Below, piece by piece: positions 53,281 to 64,000 of a stretch of 64,000 nt of DNA. The notes under the pieces are model-generated. The model was not told the DNA's origin. It saw only the letters and a program-made list of their open reading frames with translations, and ran no database searches. A program made the translations under genes and the position numbers. Numbering within the stretch: the stretch's first letter is position 1; the number at the start of each line of letters is the position of its first letter. Origin of the DNA: Octopus vulgaris (Eukaryota); NCBI GenBank assembly GCA_951406725.2, contig OX597834.1:21452001-21516000 (forward strand), in the 5' to 3' direction.

Positions 53281-54799
53281 TGGTGAAGAAACATTCTATG
53301 TCATTGTCTGATCTGCTAGAACCAGCAGCGAAAAGCTCTTCAAATGTTCCTATTGTAAAAGAAAATAAAGAAGGCATAATGGGCAACATGGAGCCTTCAT
53401 TTACATACACAAAAGAGGTAAAACAAGACAGGAAGGTCATGGGAGGAATGTTATTTGATCATAGGCCTGTTTAATGTTGAAGAAGATGGAAAGAGAGGGA
53501 GCCATCAATAACTTCAAAAATAAGAAATGGTAATATATTGTCTTTGAGGTCTAGAATATTGAGTGCATTCTGTCTGTCTGTCTGTTTGTCTTTCCCTCTC
53601 TTTGTAAAGGGGCTACATAGAAAACAGTGGAGGCCCAGTGGTTAGGGCAGCGGACTCGCAGTCGTAGGTTTCGATTCCTAGACCAGGCGTTGTGAGTGTT
53701 TATTGAGCGAAAACACCTAAAGCTCCACGAGGCTCCGGCAGGGGATGGTGGTGATCCCTGCTGTGCTCTTTCACCACAACTTTCTCTCACTCTTACTTCC
53801 TGTTTCTGTTGTACCTGTATTTCAAAGGGCCGGCCAAATCACTCTCTGTCACGCTGAATATCCCCGAGAACTACGTTAAGGGTACACGTGTCTGTGGAGT
53901 GCTCAGCCACTTACACGTTAATTTCACGAGCAGGCTGTTCCGTTGATCGGATCAACCGGAACCCTCGTCGTCGTAACCGACGGAGTGCTTCCATCCACAT
54001 AGAAAACACTTACTTAAGGTGGTCCACAATGGTACTTGAACGCAAAACCACATGCTTGCAAGACGTATTTCTTAACCATGGCTACCAATTCTGTACTTAC
54101 TTTGAGTGTGTGTGCTTTTTTTTTTCTTCTCTTCCGCATCACATAAGTACTTTATGTTGGACATAAGTATTTTATGCACACTGCATTAAATATGCAAACA
54201 CTGACTTCATTGTTTGTTTTTACTGGGGGTTTTTTTTTCTTATACCTGACTAAATAAAATAAAGAAGGTAAAAATGGTTCTACTATTTCCTTCACACCTG
54301 ACTTGTTACTGATAGAAATGCATGAATTCATGCATTAAAAAAAAAAATCGATTTCTCCCATACCAAATAAACCGTGCCCCCCACCACCACCACCACCACT
54401 ACCACCACCACTCACCCCCTTTTTTTCAAGAGAGCAAGAGAGTACATTAGAAGTCCAAGAGATGCAATATTTGGATACAAAGAGAGAGAAGGACAGACAG
54501 ACAGACAGAATGCACTCAATATTCTGGACCTCAAAGACAATATATTACCATTTCTTATTTTTGAAGTTATCGAAGGCTTTCTCTCCCCTTCCATCTTCTT
54601 CAACATTAAACAGGCCTGTGATCAAAAAACATTCCTCCCATGACCTTCCTGTCTTGTTTTACCTCTTTTGTATATGTAAATGAAGGCTCCATGTTGCCCA
54701 TTATACCTTCTTTGTCTTCTTTTACAATAGGAACATTTGAAGAGCTTTTCACTGCTGGTTCTAGCAGATCAGACAATGACATAGAGTGTTTCTTCACCA
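53281..54799. repeat. ~325-bp inverted duplication (arms 53281-53606 and 54476-54799)
   Basis: The arms are near-identical reverse complements; the ORF track shows the same pseudo-peptide MVKKHSMSLSDLLEPA.. on both strands. Confidence 0.95.
53627..53996 (+). mobile_element. SINE family D, full length, with perfect 12-bp TSD
   Basis: TSD ACATAGAAAACA at 53615-53626 and 53997-54008; tRNA-like head (AGGCCCAGTGG, GTTTCGATTCC); CpG-rich. Confidence 0.9.
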
Positions 54800-55369
54800 T
54801 TTTCTTACCTAGGATCCCCACTTTGGTATCTGTTTCACTTTGCTAGAACCCCCCCACCACTCATAGCCATTTGATGTTTTCAAAAAGTCCTCTTATATTT
54901 TTACAATTAAGTATTATTAAGAATTGTATCCTTTTACTCTTTTACTTGCTTCAATCATTTTGACTGCAGCCATACTAGAGCACCACCTTCTAGTCAAACA
55001 AATCGACTCCTAGATTTATCCTTTGTAAACCTGGTACTTATTCTATCAGTCTCTTCTTTTTTTATTTTTTTTAATTTTTTTTTATTACCCACAAGGAGCT
55101 AAACACAGAGAGGACAAACAAGGACAAACAAGTGGATTAAGTCGGTTATATTGACCCCAGTGCGTAACTGGTACTTAATTTATCGACCCCGAAAGGATGA
55201 AAGGCAAAGTCGACCTTGGCGGAATTTGAACTCAGAACGTAACAGCAGACGAAATACAGCTACGCATTTCGCCCGGTGTGCTAACGTTTCTGCCAAGCTG
55301 CTAACATTGGTTATCAAGTAATGGTGGGGGCAAAACTCAAACACAAACACACAAATATATATATATATA

Positions 55370-55695
55370 TGTCTTTTGCTAGCCTCAAATCTCATCTGCA
55401 AATGCATGGAGAACAAACCAACACCAATTATTCTGCCTTTATGTCTGTGCACACCTTTGAATGCAATGTATGCCAGAAGGTTTGCAAATCCAACAGAGAC
55501 CTCAAGAGACATTTCAAGATCTACAAAGATCAGTAGTTTACTTCAGCTCTTGGTGGTCCAAATCGGAGGTGCAATCTATGTAGGTGTCTTTTCAGAACAT
55601 TGTCTGATTTAAAAAGCCACATCAGATGCCATGGTGCTTCTAAGGTGTAGGTACAGGAGGTGGTCAAACTCTGCATAATGAGTAGACAACCACCA
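55370..55695 (+). pseudogene. three tandem C2H2 zinc-finger remnants, probably a LINE ORF C-terminus and 3' end
   Basis: One frame: SFASLKSHLQMH..FECNVCQKVCKSNRDLKRHFKIY KDQ* FTSALGGPNRRCNLCRCLFRTLSDLKSHIRCHGASKV*; one in-frame stop; no TGEKP linkers. Confidence 0.7.
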
Positions 55696-55700
55696 TATAT

Positions 55701-56003
55701 AAAAAGCACCATCCGATCGTGGCTGTTGCCAGCCTCGCCTGGCCCCCGTGCCGGTGGCACGTAAAAAGCACCATCTGTCCGTGGCTGTTTGCCAGCTCCG
55801 TCTGGCACCTGTGCAGGTGGCACGTAAAAAGCACCCACTACACTCACGGAGTGGTTGGCGTTAGGAAGGGCATCCAGCCGTAGAAACACTGCCAGATCAG
55901 ACTGGGCCTGATGCAGCCTTCTGGCTGCACAGACCCCAGTTGAACCATCCAACCCATACTAGCATGGAAAGCGGACGCTAAACGATGATGATGATGATGA
56001 TGA

Positions 56004-56006
<3 letters not shown>
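55701..56006 (+). mobile_element. family E repeat with ~60-bp internal subrepeats and (GAT)n tail
   Basis: Homologous to 49755-50035. Confidence 0.78.
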
Positions 56007-56041
<35 letters not shown>

Positions 56042-56479
56042 GGCTTCTTTCAGTTTCCGTCTACCAAATCCACTCATAAGGCTTTGTTCAGCTCAAGGCT
56101 ACAGTAAAAGACACTTGCCCTAAGGTGCCACACAGTGGGACTGAACCTGAAACCATGTGGTTGGTAAGCAAGCTACTTACCACACAGCCACACCTGCACC
56201 TATTTAAAAATTGTTAAAATATTTTGTGTATTGTGAGAATAAAATCAATTTATTGCAGAGAAATTTTAACAGGAAAATCTTATATGATCTCCCAAGGGTC
56301 ATGTTGTGCCTGGTTGAGAACCACTGAGAGAGGGAATCAATCATTTGCTTGTTAACAAATATGTTTACTTTGCACAGGTCGGATATGAATTGGTTTTTAC
56401 TCTCACAAAGATTTTCTCAGAAGACTAAAGAAGAATTGATGTCCAAATCTCTGAATGGAAATGCTTCATATAAATTCAT

Positions 56480-56586
56480 CTCAGTTCTTCACTCTTCCCT
56501 TTCACATCTTGTGTAGTCATATCGATCTATTGGAAGTTGTTCAAAGACATGCCACCAGATGAATTGGCCTCCATCAGTCATTTAAC
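56480..56586 (+). mobile_element. old CR1-type LINE fragment
   Basis: catatcgatctattggaagttgttcaaagacatgccaccaga translates to HIDLLEVVQRHATR, similar to NIDLLESVQRRATK at ~29930. Confidence 0.5.
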
Positions 56587-56740
56587 ATTTTTTTGAAAGT
56601 CTTATTTCTCTAAATATTGATATTCTAAAGTTTCGTCATTCAGCAACTGGTTTGGTAAGAACCTCACAAGATTATCTGACATTTCTCCAACAACCATGGC
56701 CCCCTTTTTGAATTCAATATCTCTACTATCCACAAAATGC

Positions 56741-56989
56741 AAGCTGGTAAAATCATTAGCATGCTGGGTCAAAATGCTAAGCAGTATTTCATCCATCTCT
56801 ATGCTCCGAGTTCAAATTCCACCGAGGTCAACTTAGCCTTTCAGCCTTTCGGGTTCGATAAAATAAGTAGCAGTTGAACTCTAGGGTCAATGTAATCAAC
56901 TTTCCTCTAACTTACTGACCTTGTGCCAAAATTTGGCCTTGTGAGTGGATTTGGTAAACGGAAACTGAAAGAAGCCCGTCGTATATATG

Positions 56990-57020
<31 letters not shown>

Positions 57021-57230
57021 TTGTGTGTCTGTGTTTGTGCCCCTAGCATTGCTTGACAACCGATGCTGGTGTGTTTATGTCCCCCGTTACTTAGCGGTTT
57101 GGCAAAAGAGACCGATAGAATAAGTACTGGGCTTACAAAAGAATAAGTCCCGAGGTCGATTTGCTCGACTAAAGGCGATGCTCCAGCATGGCCACAGTCA
57201 AATGACTGAAACAAGTCAAAGAGTAAAGAG
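56741..57230 (+). mobile_element. SINE B fused to a 5'-truncated SINE A (56936-57230)
   Basis: Family B core followed directly by the family A body and tail. Confidence 0.8.
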
Positions 57231-57963
57231 TATACAAACATATGTATGTACATACATACGTACGTACGTACATACATACATATATACATACATACATATA
57301 TACATAGATACATATGTACATACATAGAAAGTGCTGGTTTGTCTTATGTCCTTATAACTTAGAGGTTCAGCAAAAGTGTCTGAGAGACAAAATGCCAGGC
57401 TTTGTTTAAATAAGCATTGGGGCCTATTTGTTTAACTAAACCCTCGTTTATCTACCTTACAAATCTGTCTCTCTCTACCAATGTGACTATCCACCTATCC
57501 ACCTACCTACCTTACAACTTGCCTACTTACCTATTTAGCTATATTTTTCCCAGGTGGATCAGATGTAAATTATAAACCAGCCTAATTCTTTGTTTGTCTT
57601 TTTCTTTCTCTGTATGTGATGCTGTTTATTAATCCATCAATCCATCCATCCATGTGCCTGTCCATCATTCTGTCGATCCATTCTCTTCTCTATTTATTTA
57701 GTTCTCTACTCATCCCTCTCATTTATCTGGCCGTTTGTTTATCCATCTGTTTATTCTGCTAGCCATCATTTGTTTATAGATTTATCTACCAGTATCCATC
57801 CATCCATTTATCCATTCATGCATGCATCCATCCATCCATCCATCTAACTGTCTACTTATTTATCTATCTGACTGCCTATCTATCTATCTGCCTGCCTGTC
57901 TGTCTCTCTGTCGGTCTAGCTATCTATCGATCTACTCATATCCATCCATCCATCCATCCATCC

Positions 57964-57996
<33 letters not shown>

Positions 57997-58187
57997 ACTG
58001 TGATACATGATCCCTATTGATCGTTTTCTTCCTTTCTTTTTTTCCTTTCTTTTTTCTTTTGTCTCTTTTTTTTTCCTTTCTATGATCCCTTTTGATCGAA
58101 AACCTACCCCACTCCCTTTTTTTCTCTCCCCAAAAAGAAAAGCTCTACTTTGTAATTTGTCCTGTCTGTATGGCTAATAAAGAAACA

Positions 58188-58250
58188 TATCTATCTACCT
58201 ATCTATCTACCTATCTATCTATCTACTTTCTATCTTTCTATTTATCTATA

Positions 58251-58284
<34 letters not shown>

Positions 58285-58329
58285 CCTATCTATCTATTTA
58301 TCTATCTATCTACCTACCTACCTATCTAT

Positions 58330-58368
<39 letters not shown>

Positions 58369-58421
58369 CCTATCTACCTACCTATCTATCTATCTACTTT
58401 CAATCTTTCTATCTATCTATC

Positions 58422-58486
<65 letters not shown>

Positions 58487-58495
58487 GTCTATCTA
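58188..58495. repeat. (TATC)n/(TACC)n microsatellite
   Basis: Direct reading; similar tracts at 2646-2790, 5310-5470 and 61020-61650. Confidence 0.95.
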
Positions 58496-58545
58496 CCACA
58501 CAATCTCCCTACTCCCCTATTTATCCATTCACTCTTCCCCTTTAC

Positions 58546-58598
<53 letters not shown>

Positions 58599-58760
58599 AC
58601 ACACACACAGAAAGAGTGCAGGTTAGAGAATCCATTACGGAGGACAATATTAAAAACATATTTAGAGATTGAGGTGTAATTGTGATATCTGATATCTTCC
58701 AGCATGAGCAAACTGATAAAAGCATCATATGAAGTACACAAGGAAGAGGGCGGGGAAGTC

Positions 58761-58791
<31 letters not shown>

Positions 58792-58946
58792 ATACGCACA
58801 AATATATACATACTTTCACATAAATATATACATACATATACACTCACTCATATAAATACATAGAAAATACACAAGATGTAAAAAAGAAAAAAACTGCGAG
58901 GGTAGGTGCCCAAGCATAAAAAGCAAATTTATGCATGAGCATGTCT

Positions 58947-59008
<62 letters not shown>

Positions 59009-59611
59009 GTGTGTGCGTGTGTGTGTGTGCACACGGATGTACATACACACACACACATAATTATATGCATACATATAAAGCCCAGATGTGTTGTGATTCA
59101 AACTAAGGATTGAATGATGTAGGCTGGAAAGCCTTTAATTATATATAGGTGTGTTGAATGTGGTCTGACCTAGGGTTAAATACCTAACTGCAAAAACAAC
59201 AATGCCAACAGCAACTTAGAAGCAATTATATATGATATAGTTTCTCCATGTATGTGATTGTATATTAATATATATATATATATGTTATGTGTGTATATTG
59301 ATATATTTATATATATAGTGCACTGTTCTCTTAAGGTAGGATCAACACAAAAAAGTAGTCCATCCTGTAAGAGATAAATAGCATTTAATGTACACTATAT
59401 TAAATCAAGAGCTGCTGATAGTTTCATTCCATGGAGACACTTGGATGAGGCAAATTTTTTACAATGTCCCTAACAATGTGCCTTAATGGCAAGAAAATAA
59501 GCTAGAAACTATTAGTAGCTCTTACTTCAATACAATATACATTAAATGATTTTAAATATATGCATATGTTATGGACTCTCCCATTGAAGAGAACGTATGA
59601 GCGCTCAGCCT

Positions 59612-59662
<51 letters not shown>

Positions 59663-59881
59663 TTGTGTATGTGTCTGTTTGTCCACCCCACCGTCACTTG
59701 ACAATCGATGGTGGTGTCATTACATCCACCATAACACAGCGGTTTGGCAAAAGAGACTGATAGAATAAGTACTAGGCTTACAAAGAATAAGTCCTGGGGT
59801 TGATCTGTTTCTAAAGGTGGTGCTCCAGCGTGCCCACAGTCAAATGACTGAAGCAAGTAAATAAATAAAGGAACATATTTA

Positions 59882-60287
59882 GGCGCAGGAGTGGCTGTGT
59901 GGTAAGTAGCTTGTTTACCAACCACATGGTTCCGGGTTCAGTCCTACTGTGTGGCACCTTGGGCAAGTGTCTTCTACTATAGCCTCGGGCCAACCAAAGC
60001 CTTGTGAGTGGATTTGGTAGACAGAAAGTGAAAGAAGCCTGTCGTATATATGTATATATATATATATGTATGTGTTTGTGTGTCTGTGTTTGTCCCCCTA
60101 GCATTGCTTGACAACCGATGCTGGTGTGTTTATGTCCCTGTTACCTAGTGGTTCAGCAAAAGAGACCGATAGAATAAGTACTGGACTTACAAAAGAATAA
60201 GTTCCGGGGTCGTGTTGCTCGAGTAAAGGCGGTGCTCCAGCATGGCCGCAGTCAAATGACTGAAACAAGTAAAAGAGTAAAAGAGAG

Positions 60288-60288
<1 letters not shown>
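59882..60288 (+). mobile_element. SINE family A (young, full length), preceded by the 3' half of another copy (59680-59865)
   Basis: Near-identical to 21038-21452. Confidence 0.9.
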
Positions 60289-60319
<31 letters not shown>

Positions 60320-61054
60320 ATGTAGTGATGGTGGTGGTGGTGGTGGTGGTTCGTACTCTTGTCATGTACTTTCTGCTCTATTTACCTCCCCTTAAAGAAA
60401 GATTAAAAAAGAAGCGATGCAGCCAATTTCCACTTATTAAAAGATGGTGATTGATTTTACGCTCAATTTGAATCGTGTCTAGCACAAAAAAAAAACAAAA
60501 AAAAAAAACCCAGAAAAAATCATGGCATCGACACTTGGGGGGGGGCATGCAAGCGGATGGGTGCAAGGGTGGGGGTAGTTGCTTCTCTTTGAAACCCAGG
60601 GAACTGTGGCTCCCTTGGATAAACAACAACAACGACAACAACAACAACAAATCCAAAATAAACCCATTTCATACCACTGTCATACACCGTCTCCACCATC
60701 GCACCCACTACCACCACCACCACCACCATTACTACTGCTACTACTACTACTACCACAACCAATTAACTAAGGTTATCTTTTATGATAAAGAGCCCTCCAT
60801 CCCAACCCCACCACCTTCTTCCATCTAACGTATCTACACCTTGCAAACCCATAACAAAATTTATCAACTGTGAAAAAAAAAAAAATGATGAAAAATAAAG
60901 GATAAAAATCACTGCTTTTGATTTTGAATCTGGTTGCTTGATATTTTTGTGGGTTTTTTTAGGGTGTTTTTGTTTGTGTTTTTCACTTAATGAAAGGATG
61001 TACTCTTTCAGAGAGCTCGTTATCTGCCTACCTACCTACCTACCTATCCATCTA

Positions 61055-61111
<57 letters not shown>

Positions 61112-61206
61112 GTATCTATCTATGTATCAATCTATCTATCTATCTACCTACCTACCTACCTACCTATCCATCTATCTGTCTATCTATCCATCTATCTATC
61201 TATCAG

Positions 61207-61237
<31 letters not shown>

Positions 61238-61420
61238 GTCTGTTTATCTATCTATGCATCCATCTGTCTAGATGAACGCATGATCTCATGATCTCTTGAT
61301 GTGTGGTGTGTGTGTGTGTGTGTACTGACACATGCACACTCAAGTAATACATAGACAGATAGATATATAGATAGATAGATAGATACAGAGAGAGAGAGAT
61401 GGATGGATGGAGTGATAGAC

Positions 61421-61455
<35 letters not shown>

Positions 61456-61749
61456 TAGATAGATATGTACGAAGGTAAATAAATAGATGGACAGATAAAA
61501 AGATAAGTGGACAGGAAGATAGACAGATAGACTGACTGACAGATAGATAAATAGATAGATAGATAGATAGATAGACGGATGGACAGAATGACGGATGGAC
61601 GGACAGACTGATGGATAGATGGATAGATAGACAGATAGAAATATAGACAGTCAGACAGATACACATATGTATATCGATATTTCTATACACATATATAGAC
61701 AGACATTTACTCACACATGTATATATATATATATATATAAAGATATCAG

Positions 61750-61792
<43 letters not shown>

Positions 61793-62382
61793 ATATCAGC
61801 TTATATAAATATACATAAATACATATATATATATATATATATAAATACACACACACATTTGTATGAGTGTATATAATTATACACACACACACACACACAC
61901 ATCCATCTGTCTAATTGCTGTGATGCCATAAGTAATATTCCAGTCCATAAAGGAAGAGACTGGAGGCTACACCTCCTCCCCCACTCTACAAGCCTTGCCC
62001 ACCCACAAAGGCACACACACACACACACACACACATGCACGCACACGTTCAAGTGTGAATTTATGCATACACACACTACATTGGTAGCATCATTATCACC
62101 ATCACCATCATCAGCAGCACTGTCACCAGCAGCACTTAGTTTGGCTTCACTACCCCCACCCTGGGGCACCTCTACTCCACCTTGTCATCCACTCACCCCT
62201 CACATCTAGCTACCTCTTAATGGTTTCCATATATACCCATCAACACTTTTATATATAAATACTTCACACGCATACACACACACACACACATAGATATAGA
62301 TAGATATATATACACATAGGTATACATACATACATATATCTTTCCAGATATCATCTCTGCTTTAGCATTTTGGCCAAAGGGA

Positions 62383-62414
<32 letters not shown>

Positions 62415-62546
62415 ACACAAGCATGTACCTGTACACACACATACATTGTACATACAGGTACAGCCATGGCTGGGTGGTTAGAAAGTTTGCTTCCTTATCA
62501 TGTGATCTGGAGTTCAGTCCCACTGCATGGCACCTTGGGCAAGAAG

Positions 62547-63263
62547 TAAGGAGGCATCACATGTCCTTCATTGCTGATGACCCCTAAAACCATGACAGTT
62601 GCAGGAAATTTTGTATGCATAACACTTGGAACTTCAGAAGGGTCTGCACATAACCATCTGTCATTTCTTCTGTTAACTTTTTGATCTTGGTTGGAATTTT
62701 TTCTCATTTGAGAAAAACCAAATCAAATCTTCTTCTACTGGATTTGTTTAAGAGCCTTTTAGATCTGATGTAGTGATTTTCTTTTGCTTTTTCTGACAAA
62801 TTGACCTTTCCTCATCACATAAGACTCATATCTGATGTCTTAGTGGGCAACATTTCTGATGGTTCCTTCTGACACATGGAGACCTTTTACAGTTGACCTC
62901 AGGGACTTTCTGGGATTGTAATCAATGGTCTGTTGAACTTGCTGCATAAATTCAAGTGTTCTGATGATTCCAGACTATTTAGAATACTTTTTACGCCTTG
63001 ATACTGGTGATACATTTCCATCTTCAGTCTCTAGCTCCTTACAAACTTTGTAGACGAAAAGATCTGACAACTTTTAAAAATCGAGATATTTCTAAATCGT
63101 TATGCTCAGCCTTTATAACCACAATAGCATCATGCCTCTTCATTTCTTGAGTAAGCTGAAGGTGTGCCATTAATATTTTCTGAAACAAAAATTATACAGA
63201 GTTAGCAGAAAATGCAACAATGACCCAAAATATGTATGTCCTCAAATACCTTATGCACCCCTT
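62547..63263 (-). pseudogene. Tc1/mariner (maT/DD37D-like) transposon 5' half with degraded transposase
   Basis: Putative TA-flanked terminus near 63263; ATG at 63170 MAHLQLTQEMKRH..LEISRFLKV (HTH region); NPRKSLRS..LHVSEGTIRNV; WFFSNEK..QDQKVNRRNDRWLCADPSEVPSVMHTKFPATVMVLGVISNEGHVMPP; stops and frameshifts. Confidence 0.88.
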
Positions 63264-63367
63264 TATATTTATATATATACCTATATATGTATATATATAT
63301 AGTCACACACATCCACACACACACATCCACACACACACACACATATATATATATACACACTCATGTT

Positions 63368-63410
<43 letters not shown>

Positions 63411-63504
63411 ATGTGTATGTGTATACTGTATAAAGTTCTGAAAGGAACCTCTTTTGGCTGCTGTTTAAAAGAGTGAAAACTACAAGGCCAAAATTTGGTT
63501 GGCA

Positions 63505-63647
63505 TTCATCGTTACCATCACCACTATCCCCATCGCTACCACCACCATCGTCAATACCATCATCATCATCATCATCATCATCACGACCATCATCATCATC
63601 ATCATCATCACGACCAACATCATCATCATCATCATCATCATCACGAC

Positions 63648-63697
<50 letters not shown>

Positions 63698-63730
63698 CCA
63701 CCACCACCATCATTATCATCATCATCATCT
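63505..63730. repeat. (CAT)n microsatellite
   Basis: Direct reading. Confidence 0.95.
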
Positions 63731-63879
63731 GATTCACCACTGATAACAGCACCATACCCATCGCCACCATCACCTTCCTCACTGCCTCCATCTTTCTTTT
63801 ACCAAATAAAAATTACTTTCTGTTGCTCTTTTCCATTTTGGTACCCTCGTTGTTCCTTCACCACCACTACCACCACCAG

Positions 63880-63930
<51 letters not shown>

Positions 63931-64000
63931 CTTTCCTTTTTTGTACCCATCCACCCATTCATCACCTCCACCATGAAAAAGTCTCCCATTTTCTCCACAC

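Noticed and set aside
53280-53474. Duplicated small ORF (also 54606-54821) as a gene pair
   Set aside because: A consequence of the inverted DNA duplication; no domain or splice support.

Overview
AT-rich, microsatellite-saturated animal genomic DNA, most likely intronic or intergenic. The mix of (TA)n/(CA)n/(GATA)n/(ATT)n/(ATC)n arrays and dense tRNA-headed SINE families suggests a coleoid cephalopod such as Octopus (inference). No intact protein-coding gene is evident; almost all long ORFs in the track are microsatellite artefacts. One candidate plus-strand start exon lies at 6011-6171. Real coding remnants are all transposon-derived: an R4/Dong-type LINE inside (TAA)n, a CR1-type LINE 3' end, RTE 3' ends, two Tc1/mariner transposase pseudogenes and a triple C2H2 zinc-finger remnant. 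Non-autonomous DNA elements include a TTAA-flanked MITE nested in its own family, an 8-bp-TSD MITE carrying (TTAGGG)3 and a Helitron-like element. The most notable observations are: (i) three minimal, Penelope-type hammerhead-ribozyme-like motifs next to (TA)n tracts; (ii) an 11 x 112-bp tandem array whose units can each fold into a closed multibranch structure; (iii) two locally copied insertions, one making a ~325-bp inverted repeat; (iv) an (ATT)n/(TAA)n niche shared by SINEs, a CR1 LINE and Dong. SINE boundaries are approximate.
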